Shown here: piece by piece, positions 11,397 to 23,795 of the stretch
Layout of the letters: each line of letters opens with the position of its first letter
Numbering within the stretch: position 1 is the stretch's first letter
From: Eledone cirrhosa
Taxonomy: Eukaryota
Direction of reading: 5' to 3'
DNA: 64,000 bases
NCBI GenBank assembly: GCA_964016885.1
Contig: OZ024741.1
Span: forward strand, 304,854,001-304,918,000
The notes under the pieces: generated by a model
Told to the model about the DNA's origin: nothing
What the model saw: the letters and a program-made list of their open reading frames with translations, nothing else
The model's database searches: none
Made by a program: the position numbers and the translations under genes

Positions 11397-11501
11397 AACT
11401 GTGTGTAATGAAGATTTGATAAATTTTGCTGAATATGGATGTAATTTGGAACAGTTGGACATCCTTGGTATTTGGGAAGTATCAGAAGAATGTGTATATA
11501 G
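11397..11501 (+). CDS. FBXL4: FBXL4 penultimate coding exon
   Basis: TGTTAG acceptor, GTTAGT donor. Encodes TVCNEDLINFAEYGCNLEQLDILGIWEVSEECVYR (FBXL4 RSVC...LQQLDILG). Confidence 0.92.
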
Positions 11502-11717
11502 GTTAGTTTATAAACTCTTTTTTATGTTTAAGGCTAATTTTTTTGTATATATTCTTTTCAGGGAAATAAGTGAATGTATTATTTTGAATTTAGTAGAAAT
11601 GTTTAAGATTGCAGCTTATCAAGTAATGTAGCCAACATATAGATTGAATCTTTCAGTTGATCTAGTCAACTTGTATATTCTAATTTTTCAGAAAATTTAA
11701 GCAACTTGTATCGTAAC

Positions 11718-11971
11718 TGTGGGTATGGTGTGGTGTGTGGTGGCCGGAAGTGGGGGAGTGCTCGACCGGAAGGGTGCTTGGCCGGAAGGATGCTCGACCG
11801 GAAGGGCCAGCAGATGGGTCTCTCTCTAGTGGTGACCAGCAACGGGGTGGACGCGAGTTTTGGCAGCTCCCGGTGTTAAGGAGTTGGATGCACGTGGAAG
11901 AGGAGAAACCAGCAGTGGGATTTAGCGGCACCTATGAAAAGTGGTAAGTGAGATAGCTTTTTCTAACCACA
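11718..11971 (+). repeat. 5' LTR (254 bp)
   Basis: Direct repeat of 15649-15902; about 10 substitutions counted by eye. Confidence 0.95.
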
Positions 11972-11983
11972 AGCTATTTCGGC
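11972..11983 (+). promoter_or_regulatory. Atypical primer-binding site, complementary to tRNA-Phe nt 1-12
   Basis: AGCTATTTCGGC abuts the 5' LTR; its reverse complement GCCGAAATAGCT is the conserved 5' end of metazoan tRNA-Phe(GAA). Confidence 0.7.
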
Positions 11984-12089
11984 ACTGGAAACTAAGATCT
12001 GATTGAAAAAAAAAAAAAAAAAAATCTACTGGAAAAACAGAGGAGTCTGTTGTTTTTTTTTTATCACGTACCTCAAGACAAATTAGAAG

Positions 12090-15000
12090 ATGGTGACAAG
12101 ACTACGAACAAGCGAAGCTATCAGGGCATTTACCGGGGAAGGTGATTTTGTCGCTTGGCTGCGAAAAGTCCGGTTGGTCACAAGCTTGCAGAAGATAGAA
12201 GATGTGGCTGGCCTCATGGCACTGTACCTCGAGGGGGACGCGTTGGTACTCTTCCTTGAGTTGGACGAACACAGCCAAAGAGATGCGCAAAAGATTGAGA
12301 GGCGCATGATGGAAGCGTTCGCAGAGGGACCGTTAGCTGCTTTCGCTAAGCTGGCAATAATTAGATGGAACAGTGAACGCGTTGACATTTTCGCAGCGGA
12401 AATACGGCGATTGGCCATGTTGGCTGGATATCAGGTGGAATGCGAACGCACGGTGCAGTTGGCGTTCATAAATGGATTTCCAGATGACATAGCGGTGAAA
12501 CTGCAGTAAGTCCCAGGTTACAAAGAAATGGAAATGCGTTCATTGGTGGAACAAGCCCGGATCATAGCAGAAGATGCCAAGAAGAGTGTTGCGGCGATAG
12601 CAACTACAGAGGCTCAAGACAGCTGGCAGCGAAAGGGAGGCAACCACGGCACGCGGTCGCCCGCGAACGTTTAGAGGTCGGTGTTTTTGGTGCCAGGGCC
12701 CGCACATGGCTAGAGACTGCAGAGAGTCAAGGCCGGAAATAATATGCTATCGGTGTAAGCGACCAGGCCACATCGCTAATAACTGCGACCAGGGAAACGA
12801 TCCAAGGGGAACTAGTGCGCCGGTAGTTGCCCCTTACGAGTAGAGGCGCTGCCCGTGGTGGAAGTCTTCGTGAGGGGAAAGCCACAGCGAGCCCTCGTGG
12901 ACATGGGCTGTACGACGACACTGGTGACCGCGGGGGTGGTGCAGAGGTGGAGAGGGAAGAGCAGCGTAAGGGCAGTCGACGGCAGGAAAATTGTATGCCG
13001 AGGTCGCAGCGAGATGGAAATAGCGGTACGGGGAAGGAAAATAAGGCTTTCCGCCATCGTGGTAGACAGTGTGGTGGATGGGATCGGCGTGGTTATGGGC
13101 ATGGACGCAATTGGCCGTCTAGGAGGCGTCACAGTGAACAACATCGGTGTGTCGTCTGGCGCCGCTGCATCGGTATGCGCTGTGAGTGTGCGACAGGAGA
13201 ACCAGAAGGCCCACGAGGAGAAATACCCCGCTTACACTGTGCAGGACAAAGACTTCAAGGCCGTGTTCGATGGGCAGTGATGAGTTGTTGAGTGGTACTG
13301 GAAGGGAGAACCACCAACACTGAAGACCAAAGTGGGCTGCTATCAACACACATTGAAGGGAAACATTAGGAGCGAGTTCGAGCGAGAGGTAGAGAGATGG
13401 ATTGAGGAGGGCATACTGCTTCCCTGGAAAGAGGAGGTGAAGTGCGGAGTATTGCCATTAATGGTGGTGGCGCAACCCACGAAGAACAAGGTGAGGCCGG
13501 TGCTGGACTTTCGGGAGCTGAACGAGCACGAATCATGCCACACGGGTGGCGAGGTCACGGATGTCTGTGGGGAAACCCTGCGTGAGTGGAGACGCATGAC
13601 GGGGGGTTCAGCAATCGTAGATCTAAAGTCGGCATACTTACAATTGCATATAGATGAGAAGCTCTGGCAGTATCAGCTGGTCAGGTATAAGGGCCGGACT
13701 TATTGCCTGACCAGGCTCGGTTTCGGGCTGAGCTCCGCACCGAAGATCATGGCGGCGGTCCTCAAGACCATTCTGGGAAAGGCCGACAAGATGAAGAGGG
13801 CCACTAACTCCTATATTGATGACATCCTAGTGGACGAGTCTGTGGTGTCGGCGGCGGAGGTCACGAGCCATTTACAGGGGTATGGACTGGCTGAGAAGCC
13901 GTCAGAAGCGTTGGAGGGAGGAGCCGCGTTGGGACTTAGGCTACGGCGAGACAGGACGGGCGTCTTGGTATTCCAGAGGGGAAATGAGGTTCCAGAACTG
14001 GGCCCAAGTATGAGTAGGCGGGAGCTTTTCTCGGTGTGTGGAAAGTTGGTGGGTCACTACCCGATTGCTGGGTGGCTCTGGACAGCATGCAGCTATGTCA
14101 AGAGACGAGCGGGAGGAGTGACTTGGAGTGACAGAGTGGGAGAGAGGACGGTGGCCATGATGCAGGAGATCGTGGGGAGGGTGAAGGCCGACGACCCAGT
14201 GCGGGGACGCTGGTATGTTCCCAAATCACAGAGCGGGACCGTATGGTGCGATGCCAGCAGCATAGCGCTGGGTGTCACGTTGGAGATAGGAGGTGTTGAG
14301 GTCGAGGATGCAGCCTGGCTTAGGAAGAAGGACGACTGCAACCACATCAATGTGGCGGAACTGGACGCAGTGTTGAGAGGGGTGAACCTCGCGCTGAGGT
14401 GGGGACTGCGCACCATCGAGATACACACCGACTCGGCTACTGTACTCGGATGGGTGAGATCATTGCTCACCAGTGAGAAGAGAATGTGAATGAGAGGGGC
14501 GACGGAGATGCTGATAAAGCGCCGCCTGGAAACTTTAGGAGAGCTGGCCACCGAGTTCGACCTGAGGCTGAGCGTAGTTTTCTTGCCCTCAGAGAAAAAT
14601 AGGGTGGACGTCTTAACTAGGGTGAAGAAAGCCTGGATGGAGGCGCCGGAGGAGGTAGAAGATGAGATAGCTGCCGTGTGTCGGCTGACCGAGTCAGATC
14701 TGAAAGGGTTGCATGACATGCACCACATAGGAGTGGATAGGCGCCTGTTCTTAGCCAGGAGAATCGACTCGGACATTAACAGACACAGTGTTCAAAGAGT
14801 GGTTAGAGGCTGCGTCCGATGTCAGTCCATTGATCCCGCTCCGGGTGTGCACGAAAAGGGAAGCCTCCCGGTGGATCGCGACTGGAAGCGATTGGTGGTG
14901 GATTTAACGCACTACCGACAGGGAACGTACCTCTCGATGGTCGACTGTGGACCAGGACGGATGGCGATATGGAGGGAGATGAAGACTGGAATGGCCGAGG

Positions 15001-15635
15001 AAATCATGCTGACGTTAAGAGAGGTGTTCTTGGAGCGGGGCCCTGTGGACAACAGCACAGCGTTCCGCTCGGAGGCGCTGAGGGAGATGCTCGATGGATG
15101 GAAGGTGGACCGTTTCTTCAGAGCAGCGCACAGGCCGAGCGGGAATGGAATTGTGGAGCGACACCACCGGACAATCAAGGCAATGGCGGAGCGGGGCCAT
15201 ATCTCACCAATGGAGGCAGTGTTCTGGTACAACATGTCCCCTCGGGTGGGACAGGTCGAGGAATCGGTGCCACACAGAGCAGTATTCAGATACGAGTGGC
15301 GGCACCCGTGCACGCCACCACAACGGCCAGTGGGGAGAGAGAGTGCATTCGTGCAGGTGGGCGAAGAAGTCTGGGTTAAGCCCCCAGATGCACGTTGCAC
15401 ATCTCAATGGGGAAGGGGAACAGTGACGGCCGTAAATTCCCAGAACAATGTGTCCGTGGACGGAGTACCACGTCATGTCCTGGATGTCCGTAGAATCACT
15501 GTGTCAACAGACTCCGAGGAAGAGGAAACCCAAAGTGCTGCCCCAACACTGCGGAGATCGCAAAGAAGTCGTAAACCACCAACCTGGACAGCAGACTTTC
15601 ATATGCAGAAGGACGAGGGGGAAATTGATCCTTGA
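12090..15635 (+). pseudogene. gag-pol polyprotein (Gag with two zinc knuckles, protease, RT, RNase H, integrase), disrupted
   Basis: CFWCQGPHMARDC and CYRCKRPGHIANNC; LVDMG protease (DTG mutated); RT DLKSAY...RLGFGL...YIDD; RH CDAS...HINVAEL...TDS; IN HH-CC, VDLT, DNSTAF, NGIVER. Stops at 12507, 13278 and 14487. Confidence 0.92.
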
Positions 15636-15639
15636 GATC

Positions 15640-15648
15640 AGGGGGGCT
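15640..15648 (+). promoter_or_regulatory. Polypurine tract
   Basis: AGGGGGGCT immediately upstream of the 3' LTR. Confidence 0.7.
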
Positions 15649-15902
15649 TGTGGGTATGGTGTGGCATGTGGTGGCCGGAAGCGGGGGAGTGCTCGACCGG
15701 AAGGGTGCTTGGCCGGAAGGATGCTCGACCGGAAGGGCCAGCAGATAGGTCTCTCTCTAGTGGTGACCAGCAACGGTGTGGACGCGAGTTTTGGCAGCTC
15801 CCGGTGTTAAGGAGTTGGACGCACGTGGAAGAGGAGAAATCAGCAGTGGGATTTAGCGGCGCCTATGAAAAGCAGTAAGTGAGATAGCTTTTTCTAACCA
15901 CA
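15649..15902 (+). repeat. 3' LTR (254 bp)
   Basis: Direct repeat of the 5' LTR, ends in CA, followed by TSD GTAAC. Confidence 0.95.
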
Positions 15903-17481
15903 GTAACCATAACTTACAAGAGGTAATTTGTAAAATGCAGATTTATGGCCAATGGTAACAACTTGTAGGGTGTGCTTTTTTACAGGCATCTTGCAATCAC
16001 TTTCAAAGAAGCAGCCTGCAGTAACTTGTGACATCACTGGCTTATTGTGAACTCCAAGATAGTTAACTATTTTGTTAATATATTTCTAATGAAATACACT
16101 GCCTATTTAATTTTGAAAAAAAAAAAAAAATTAAAGGAATTTAATGAAATAGCTAACTTTTACATTAGTAAGTTAATATTTAGGACGTTACTGAGAAAAC
16201 TTTCTTAAATAAAATTATGATGGAAAGTTTTAATATAAGTGTAATCAATTTAAAATGAGTAGTTTTGTATCATAAATCCAGAGCAGTTTGATATCAAAAG
16301 GGTTAAATGAAACATCAAAGAGTTAATTCTTGTCATAACATTTACCTTCGACCATGAGAGACAACATATTTCCAGCCATGACTAGATCACTGCATGGAAA
16401 TGTGTGAAGTAGTGTCCCATACTTTATTAAATTATGGCACAACTGAAATGCAGGATTTGTTATTTACTACCAAATCTTCAGATGCTTTTTTATTAATCTA
16501 TTTAAACAGAGTTAACTGGGGCTATACAGTAACAAATGTATCTATAATCTTTTGTATGCATGATTCAAAATGAATCTGTACAGTAATGTTATGCTTTGGC
16601 TCAGGGTTTAACAGTATATTGTTATTTCTCCAGTTGGCTTGGGTTTAATCTATAAAATTGATACTGTACACTTCAATATATTGGTTCAGTATATTGATTT
16701 CTTACATGGGCACAAAGCCATAAATTTATAGCAGAAGGATTATAGCTAACTGAATCAGTACCAGCTGAGCATTGCATTGACCCCAACCAGACCTGAGTGT
16801 TTATTTTATTAACCCTAGAAGGATGAAAGGCAATGTCAATCAAAGTGATATTTTTAACTAAGCATAATATTGTAATGCATTTTGTACAACTTAATAGTCA
16901 CAATCGCCACCATTGCTCTAATAAACTAAAAAACAAAACTACTACAGCCATTATTTGCAATCAAATATGACTTGGTAGTATTTACCATGTTTTCACTAAG
17001 GGTTTTAAGTGCCCATGATGTTGCTAGCAGACACAGACATTTGACCTTCCCTCCCTTGATCCAATGGAACATCTAGGACGTGGCTGGAAGGAGAAAAGGT
17101 TGTACCAACATTGGGCTGGAACTTTCTTTATTGACACCGAAAAGATGAAAGCAAAGTGGACTGCAGCAGGTTTTGAACTCAGAATACAGAGACCTGAAAA
17201 AAATATCTAACATTCTGTTGTCTTACTGTGAAAGAGGTTGTATAGATAGAGAGCGTTGCTCATGAAATTAATATTAAGTGGCTGAACATTCTACAGACAC
17301 TTGCATCTTTAATGTATTTCTCAATGTGAAATAAAGTGTCTAGCTCAAAGAGACAACACGACATCCTATCCAGCAATCGAACCCATCACATAATGAGCAT
17401 AAGCTGAATGCCCTAGCCACTAGCCATGCACTTTCATATAAAAAATTATTATTGTTATTTTTATATTTTCTTCTCATCTAG

Positions 17482-17614
17482 GATCCTACAGAACTGCCGC
17501 AAATTACGTTTCCTTGATGTTTCCTTTTGTGATATAAGAGCATCTTCGGTGTATTTTTGGCGCCAGACATTCCCTCATGTTTCAATCAAAAAGAGTTATT
17601 CAACTAATCAATAA
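17482..17614 (+). CDS. FBXL4: FBXL4 terminal coding exon
   Basis: Polypyrimidine-CTAG acceptor. Encodes ILQNCRKLRFLDVSFCDIRASSVYFWRQTFPHVSIKKSYSTNQ* (FBXL4 LDVSFC...FPKVFIKKSF). Confidence 0.92.
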
Positions 17615-18509
17615 TGCTGTATAGACTACACACACTTGATGTCTTTCATTAAATAAGGAAAATTCATTTGCCATGACTTACAAATACGATCATGAAAAAA
17701 ATTTTTAACAAACAGCTTTTTGTTTTACATTTCTTTTCTTTTTTTCACTGAGAGAAAACTCTCTTCTGTGTTTAATATTGTGGCAAGGGCAATTCATACA
17801 GGAGCACCATTGGTGACTTTGTATTGAAGAATTATGTCTAAGAAATGTCAGCCTGGAAAATGCTCATCTTTTTCAAGCTACATTCACAGAGGTTGAAGTA
17901 GTAGTAAGAAACTCTCAGGAGAGTTGGACAGCAGAGGGTTTTCAGAGAAGAAACCCCACTCAAGTGAGTGTTTTGGCCCTTAATTTCTTACACTCTAAGG
18001 GCCACATCTAGGTCATGACATCTGGTGCCCTTCTGCTGACATTTAGCCATTTGGGAATCAGAGACTTGCTGTATATTTAAACTGTATAGAGATTTTAGCT
18101 GGAATCTAGCTGGAACTCCTCTCCATTGCCTTTGCTTTCAAACTTATATTTAAACACTTTCTTGAATTAGAAAAATAACGTTGGTAGTCATGGTAGTGGT
18201 GAGACATTAACAGTATCGCCAGCGCCTACACTACAAACCACAACTGAGTTACAAGCTATCAAAATATACCTCAGTTTCACTTCTCTTTTACTACTTATAG
18301 CAGTGTAATACATCTACTCTGTGATACCTATTTATACTTATCTAAGCAGAGCTCTTAAAAGTTTTAGTGTTTAAGCCTTCTACATAGTGAAATGGTTGTA
18401 ACAGAATATGAACTGCTGACATCTACGGCTGGTGGTTTGGCATTTTATCAAATCAGTTGTAAAACATAATATAATGTATGAAAAGGAGAAAGGCTAAGAC
18501 AGAATGTGT

Positions 18510-18655
18510 ATAGCAGTGAGTGTGAGCCTTTAAACTACTCTGTTTCAGGTTTGATCTCACAGTGTGATACCTTAAGCAAGTGACTACTGTAGCCTTAGGT
18601 TGACTAATGCCTCGGTAGTGGAATTTGGTACATGGAAATTGTGTGGAAGACCATC
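18510..18655 (+). mobile_element. Decayed tRNA-derived CORE-type SINE
   Basis: CAGGTTTGATCTC...ACCTTAAGCAAGTG...GGAAATTGTGTGGAAG, similar to 63655-64000. Confidence 0.55.
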
Positions 18656-20017
18656 ATATGTGTATGTGTACATGCGCATATATATATATATCATCATTAC
18701 TGTTTAATGCCTGTTTTCCATGCTTGCACGTTCTATTGTTAGACTGGACAGGTAGTCCTATCTTGCTCATATGTTCTGTTTTGGGTTTGGTTTATATGAC
18801 TGGATGCCTTTCCTAATGCTAACCACTTTACAGCATATACTGGGAGCATTTTATTGTGACACCAACACTACCACTGTATAAGATAGACTGTTTTTTTCTT
18901 GTCATGGCACTAGCATTACTACTTTACTGAGTGGGTTGAATGTGTTTTATCATGGCACCAACACAACCACTTTACAAAGCGGGCTGGGCGTAGTTTATTG
19001 TGGGACTAGTACTACTCCGTTATATCACTAAGGTGCCTGGTGTGTCCTTGGCTAAGCAGTGATGGAATGGGATGGGAGATACATGTTGCTTGCCTGTGAA
19101 GTGGAGTCATTCCAGAACAAGTCTCGAGCCATGGAGATGACCTTGAAATGAGTGGGTGACATCTGGCATTATGTTGTGGGGCATGTCCAACTTTCAATGT
19201 TGTTATGGATTGGATGGAGATGTGAGTATAAGCAATGGCACAGTATGAGTTGGAAGTGTAAGGGGGAATAAGAGGATTGGTGACATGCATAGACTGATGT
19301 GGTCGCAATATTCAATTGGATCCATGAAAATCATGCCTGCTGTCTATGATTTGTTCAGTTCTCACAATGCTTCATATAAACTATACTGCAATTATACATG
19401 TGCATGTGTGAGTTTGCCTCAGCATACATCTTTGCATTGTCACTGCCTAGGCACAGACTGACTTTTGTTTAGATCTTCCACAAACAATACGCTCCACAGC
19501 TCGGTGGTTCAACAAAGATTGATGGAATGGGTACCTTACTCGTTTTTAAGTACAAAAAATAAGTAAGCATTGATATTAGGAAGGGTATCTGGCCATAGGA
19601 TATTTCTTCAAAAAGTCTTACCTAAGTTATACCAGCATGGAGAAATGGATGTGAGAATGCTGATGTTGCAGCATTGATAATGTACTTAAGTCAATTCAGT
19701 CAACTGTACACTTCTATTAAAACTAACCTTGTGCCTTGTCAAAAAATATCAATATTTTTTTATAAAAAATTGAAGACAACTTTTATTTTTAACATTGTGG
19801 GTTCTGTGTTTAATATCACACCAAGGATCACTTAAACTCAATTGTGTTATAAAGTATTCTTATTATAGCTTAGATTCAAATTTTTAATTTGAAATTTTTT
19901 ACCATTTAAAATATCTAAGAATTGTATATAAATAAATATACATAATGTTTAATAAAATGTTTATCAAACGATTGGAAATCTTGTTATTCCTTTGAATCAG
20001 CCAATTCTAATCATGTA

Positions 20018-20327
20018 CAATGGAACCTCGGTTCACAAACACTTCTCATCATGAACAATTTTTTCAAACATAAAACGTCTCGGTTGACAAACGTGTTTCG
20101 GGTAACAAACAGACAAGATGGCAACAAGCTGGGAGTATTGGAGGGAAAGCATCACTTGCTATGTAGTTAGTTTCTATGGTGATATCTATCTGTCTTTTAT
20201 ACACAGTCTCTCTCCCACTATATTTCTCTCAATATTTCGTATGGGAAAAATAGTTTTGGTTTACGAACATTTTGGATGACAAATGACCCTCAGGAATGAA
20301 TTAAGTTTGTGAACCGAGGTTCCACTA
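20018..20327. mobile_element. Tc1/mariner (pogo/Tigger-like) MITE
   Basis: TIRs CAATGGAACCTCGGTTCACAAAC and GTTTGTGAACCGAGGTTCCACTA, flanked by TA. Confidence 0.85.
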
Positions 20328-20579
20328 TATATACAAACAGTTTTCTTGTCAATACTACTTTGGTTAGAATTCCAAGTTAAAGAGAGTATGTAATCAGGTT
20401 CAAGACTTTACTTGAACTCTTTATATATTTTAATCATTTTAAGCTTGGCAAGGTTTGGTTATGTTTATGCTGTACTAAGGTGGTCTAATAAGACCAAAAC
20501 ATGTCTGAACTTGTGACTGTACTTGCCAAAGATAAGACTCATTTTACACTCACTGCATTCAATTCCAATTAATTTGAAA

Positions 20580-20925
20580 TTTGGAGTTACTTGATAGAGC
20601 GTGTAGCTCAGAGATCAGGCAGTCACTCCAGGTAGAGCTGCTACTTCTCCAAATTGAGAGATCACAGCTCTGATACTATGAACATGTGGTTAGAATGTCT
20701 CAGAAAAGAATTGCTGGACAGATTTTACGGGCAAAACCAACTGGCAGGAGACCCAGGGGTAGACCCCGAGCAAGATGGTTGGATAATATCCATGAGCTTG
20801 GCTGGTCTCACTTAGGGATCCAGCTGGATCAGTTGGAGATGGTTGCTTCTGACAGGACCTGCTGGAAGGAGTGTTTGAGGACTTTGCCTCCATGACCCTC
20901 TCAGGAATAAGTGGGCAAAGAAGAG
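20580..20925 (+). mobile_element. 3' fragment of another RTE family
   Basis: HVVRM...PTGRRPRGRPRARWLD...DRTCW C-terminal motif. Confidence 0.75.
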
Positions 20926-23114
20926 GAGAAAAAGTTGTCCTCTTTACTTTCCTTGTCTAGAATAAAATAACTCACCCTACACCACGCCTGTTTCTATGAA
21001 ATGAAACTGCCCAATTTAAAGGTTTTCTATAAAAATTTAAACCTATAATTTTATACAAAAACATTTTGTTATATTACAAATACCATCCTAATGAAATTGT
21101 AATTTTAGCAAATCTTTCCCAAATTCCTCATTAATTGATTAAATACAAAGTATTTCATTAAATATTTGATAACGAAAGGGTTAAGCTTATGAGGTGTTTT
21201 TCTCTTCACTACCAGTGTAGTTGATAACATTAGATGCACAAAATTAATGAGTTATACAGTGTATGGTCTAGTATGAATAGTCAGTATAGATAAGGACACA
21301 ATAAGCTCATTTAAGGTATATACTATGAAAATCTCCATTGGTACTTCCTTAATTTCCTAATATTACCCTACACTTGACTACAGGTAAGCATTAACCCCCC
21401 CCACACACACACACAAAATACAAGGGCATATAAGAACTACAACCTCTCCAGCCATTATTAAAATTTGGTAGATGGAATAAGTTCGAGAATATCCAACCTA
21501 CTCTATGATAGGGATAATTTCAACCTTGCTACACTCCCATTAAGATGTAACTTTACTAAGAATAATCCAGTGGTCTGTTACACTGAAGTTTCTCCTGCAT
21601 TCTACCAGACAGTTAAGCACTAGAAGCATAGAGAGGTAGGTTCACGTTAATATCAAATTAGGTGGTGTAGTGGATACTGTTGATGTTCAGCTTACATTAT
21701 TACAGGCTAACACATGCAGGCAAGATAAGTGCTGGGAGAGAATTCTAGGGGCAGGGGAAGATGGGGTCTAATAGCTAGTGCAAGACCAGGGAGATTGGAC
21801 ATAGTGATATATGAGAGGAGGAGAGATAAGTAAGACAGGAATACACAAGCTCAGCCATTTCTGAGAAGTAGAGGCCATTGTAGTAGCAATAAAAAAGGCA
21901 GAGAGAGAAGATAGATTGTCTTAGGCCAGAAGCTGGAGCATGTCTGTCTGACTTTATACCAAATGAGATATACCAGCAAACAAGATAGGGAAAGTATGTG
22001 ATACATGCTCCATCAGCCACTCCAGCTCACAGGGTTGCTTTCTAAGGCAGGATGCCCTCCACACAGTTTTGGGGAGGAAAACGGCATTCCAGGAACTGAG
22101 GTCCAAAACAGTCAATTTGTTCAAGAGGAGAGAAAGAATTATAAAAAGGAATTGAGAAAGAAATTTAAAGGAAGAATTAACCCCAGTACTGGACTGGTAT
22201 ATTTCTTTTTTTCAAACTTAAAAGGATCAAAGGTAAAGTTGAACTCAGAGAGCAAAGAACCAGAATGAATACTAAAAAACATTTTATGTGACATTCTAAA
22301 GATTCTGCCAATTCACTCAGAATAGGGATTGCCAAATTGCAAGCAAGTTGAGGAGAGTAAGCCAGGAGAACACAAAGCAGTGATTAATATCTAGTAAAAA
22401 TGGAATGTTTTTCCTTATGTTTGAGAGTGAAAAACAAGCTGTGGTTTAAGGTGGCTCTATAGGCAGTGGCTTGGAATATTGAAATGTTAAGCAACAGGTT
22501 TAGAGAATGTGTGTTACAGACATCAAAGGGGTTAATCGATCACACCAGTAATCAGTGAGACAACAGCTGTTTTACAAGTGTATAGAGACTTATAACATTT
22601 ACAGGTGATTTAGTAAAATAAAGTAGGAAGAGAAAAATGTTCGATGACTTATACAATTGGGCTTTAGAGCTATTTAGAAGATTACTGATGGAGATGAAAG
22701 GACAAGTATGAGTGGATGTATTTGAAAGTGGTGGGTTGTATGAGATATACCAGCTAGACAGGAGTGTAGAATCTGATCTACCCTTCCCTCCTCCAGTTTA
22801 TTATGTGAACTCACCCCATCATCATCGTCATTTTACATCTACTTTTCCATGCTTGCATGAGTTGAACAAGTCCTTTTCAGTACAGTGGAATATACAAATT
22901 TGTTCATTACCAGTGTCTCATGGTAAATTTAGTAACTACAGCCATATATATGAACTTGATCCTCCTACCCACAGCCAATTACTAGCTAAGTAAACAAGTA
23001 AACAATTTCCTGCATAGGTTAAAAAAGTTGGCCTCCAAGCAAACAAAACATACATTCCTGGTATGGCTCTGTTATAGTAACTGACCTTAATAATTATATA
23101 AGTTCAAACTAAAG

Positions 23115-23369
23115 AGGTCATGCAGGTGTCACGACAAAAAAGCACCCAGTCCAATCTGTAAGTGGTTGTGTAGGAGAAACGGTAAACAGGCTCCCAGTCC
23201 ACACTGTAAATGTGGTTGGTGTTAGGAAGGGCATCCAGCTGTAGAAAACCTGCCAGATACAGTCCTATACGAGCGAGACACGGTTACCCGATCAATCTTG
23301 CCTCAAGTGGGACAATTCCCGTCTAACCCATGTTAGCATGGAAGATAGACGTTAAACGATGATGATGAT
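23115..23369 (+). mobile_element. RTE-related non-autonomous element / 3' end
   Basis: GGTTGGTGTTAGGAAGGGCATCCAGCTGTAGAAAA core and GAT tail. Confidence 0.75.
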
Positions 23370-23795
23370 ATTTATATATTATTAGCACAGATTGAAACTT
23401 TTAATCTGTATTGATAATACATTCTTGCTCTATGTCACCTGACCTGGCATTGCTCACAACAAAATAACTCGTCTAACCCATGCCAGCATGGAAAACCGGA
23501 GATGATAATGATGATGATATATGATCCATATCGTGTCCTCTTTGGATTTTAGTTTTTGTATTGTAACGGAATTATCCTATGTTTTACCTGGCAAAGATTC
23601 AAAACCGAATCTGAGGGTTCTCGCCACTAAAATCACCTCTTGTTGGGAGCTTCCCAACAATGTCCTGTTAAGTGACGAGTATGATAAACGTACATACACT
23701 TGACCTGTGACCTCAGGTTCTTGACAGATGAAACACACATGGCTACTCATAAATCAACCCATGTACACATCCTTCTAGCTATAGGATTATTATAA

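Larger units (their letters stand above)
11718..15902 (+). mobile_element. Complete LTR retrotransposon, Ty3/Gypsy-type domain order, ~4.2 kb
   Basis: TG...CA LTRs at 11718-11971 and 15649-15902, 5-bp TSD GTAAC (11713-11717 and 15903-15907), internal gag-PR-RT-RH-IN, polypurine tract before the 3' LTR. Confidence 0.97.
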
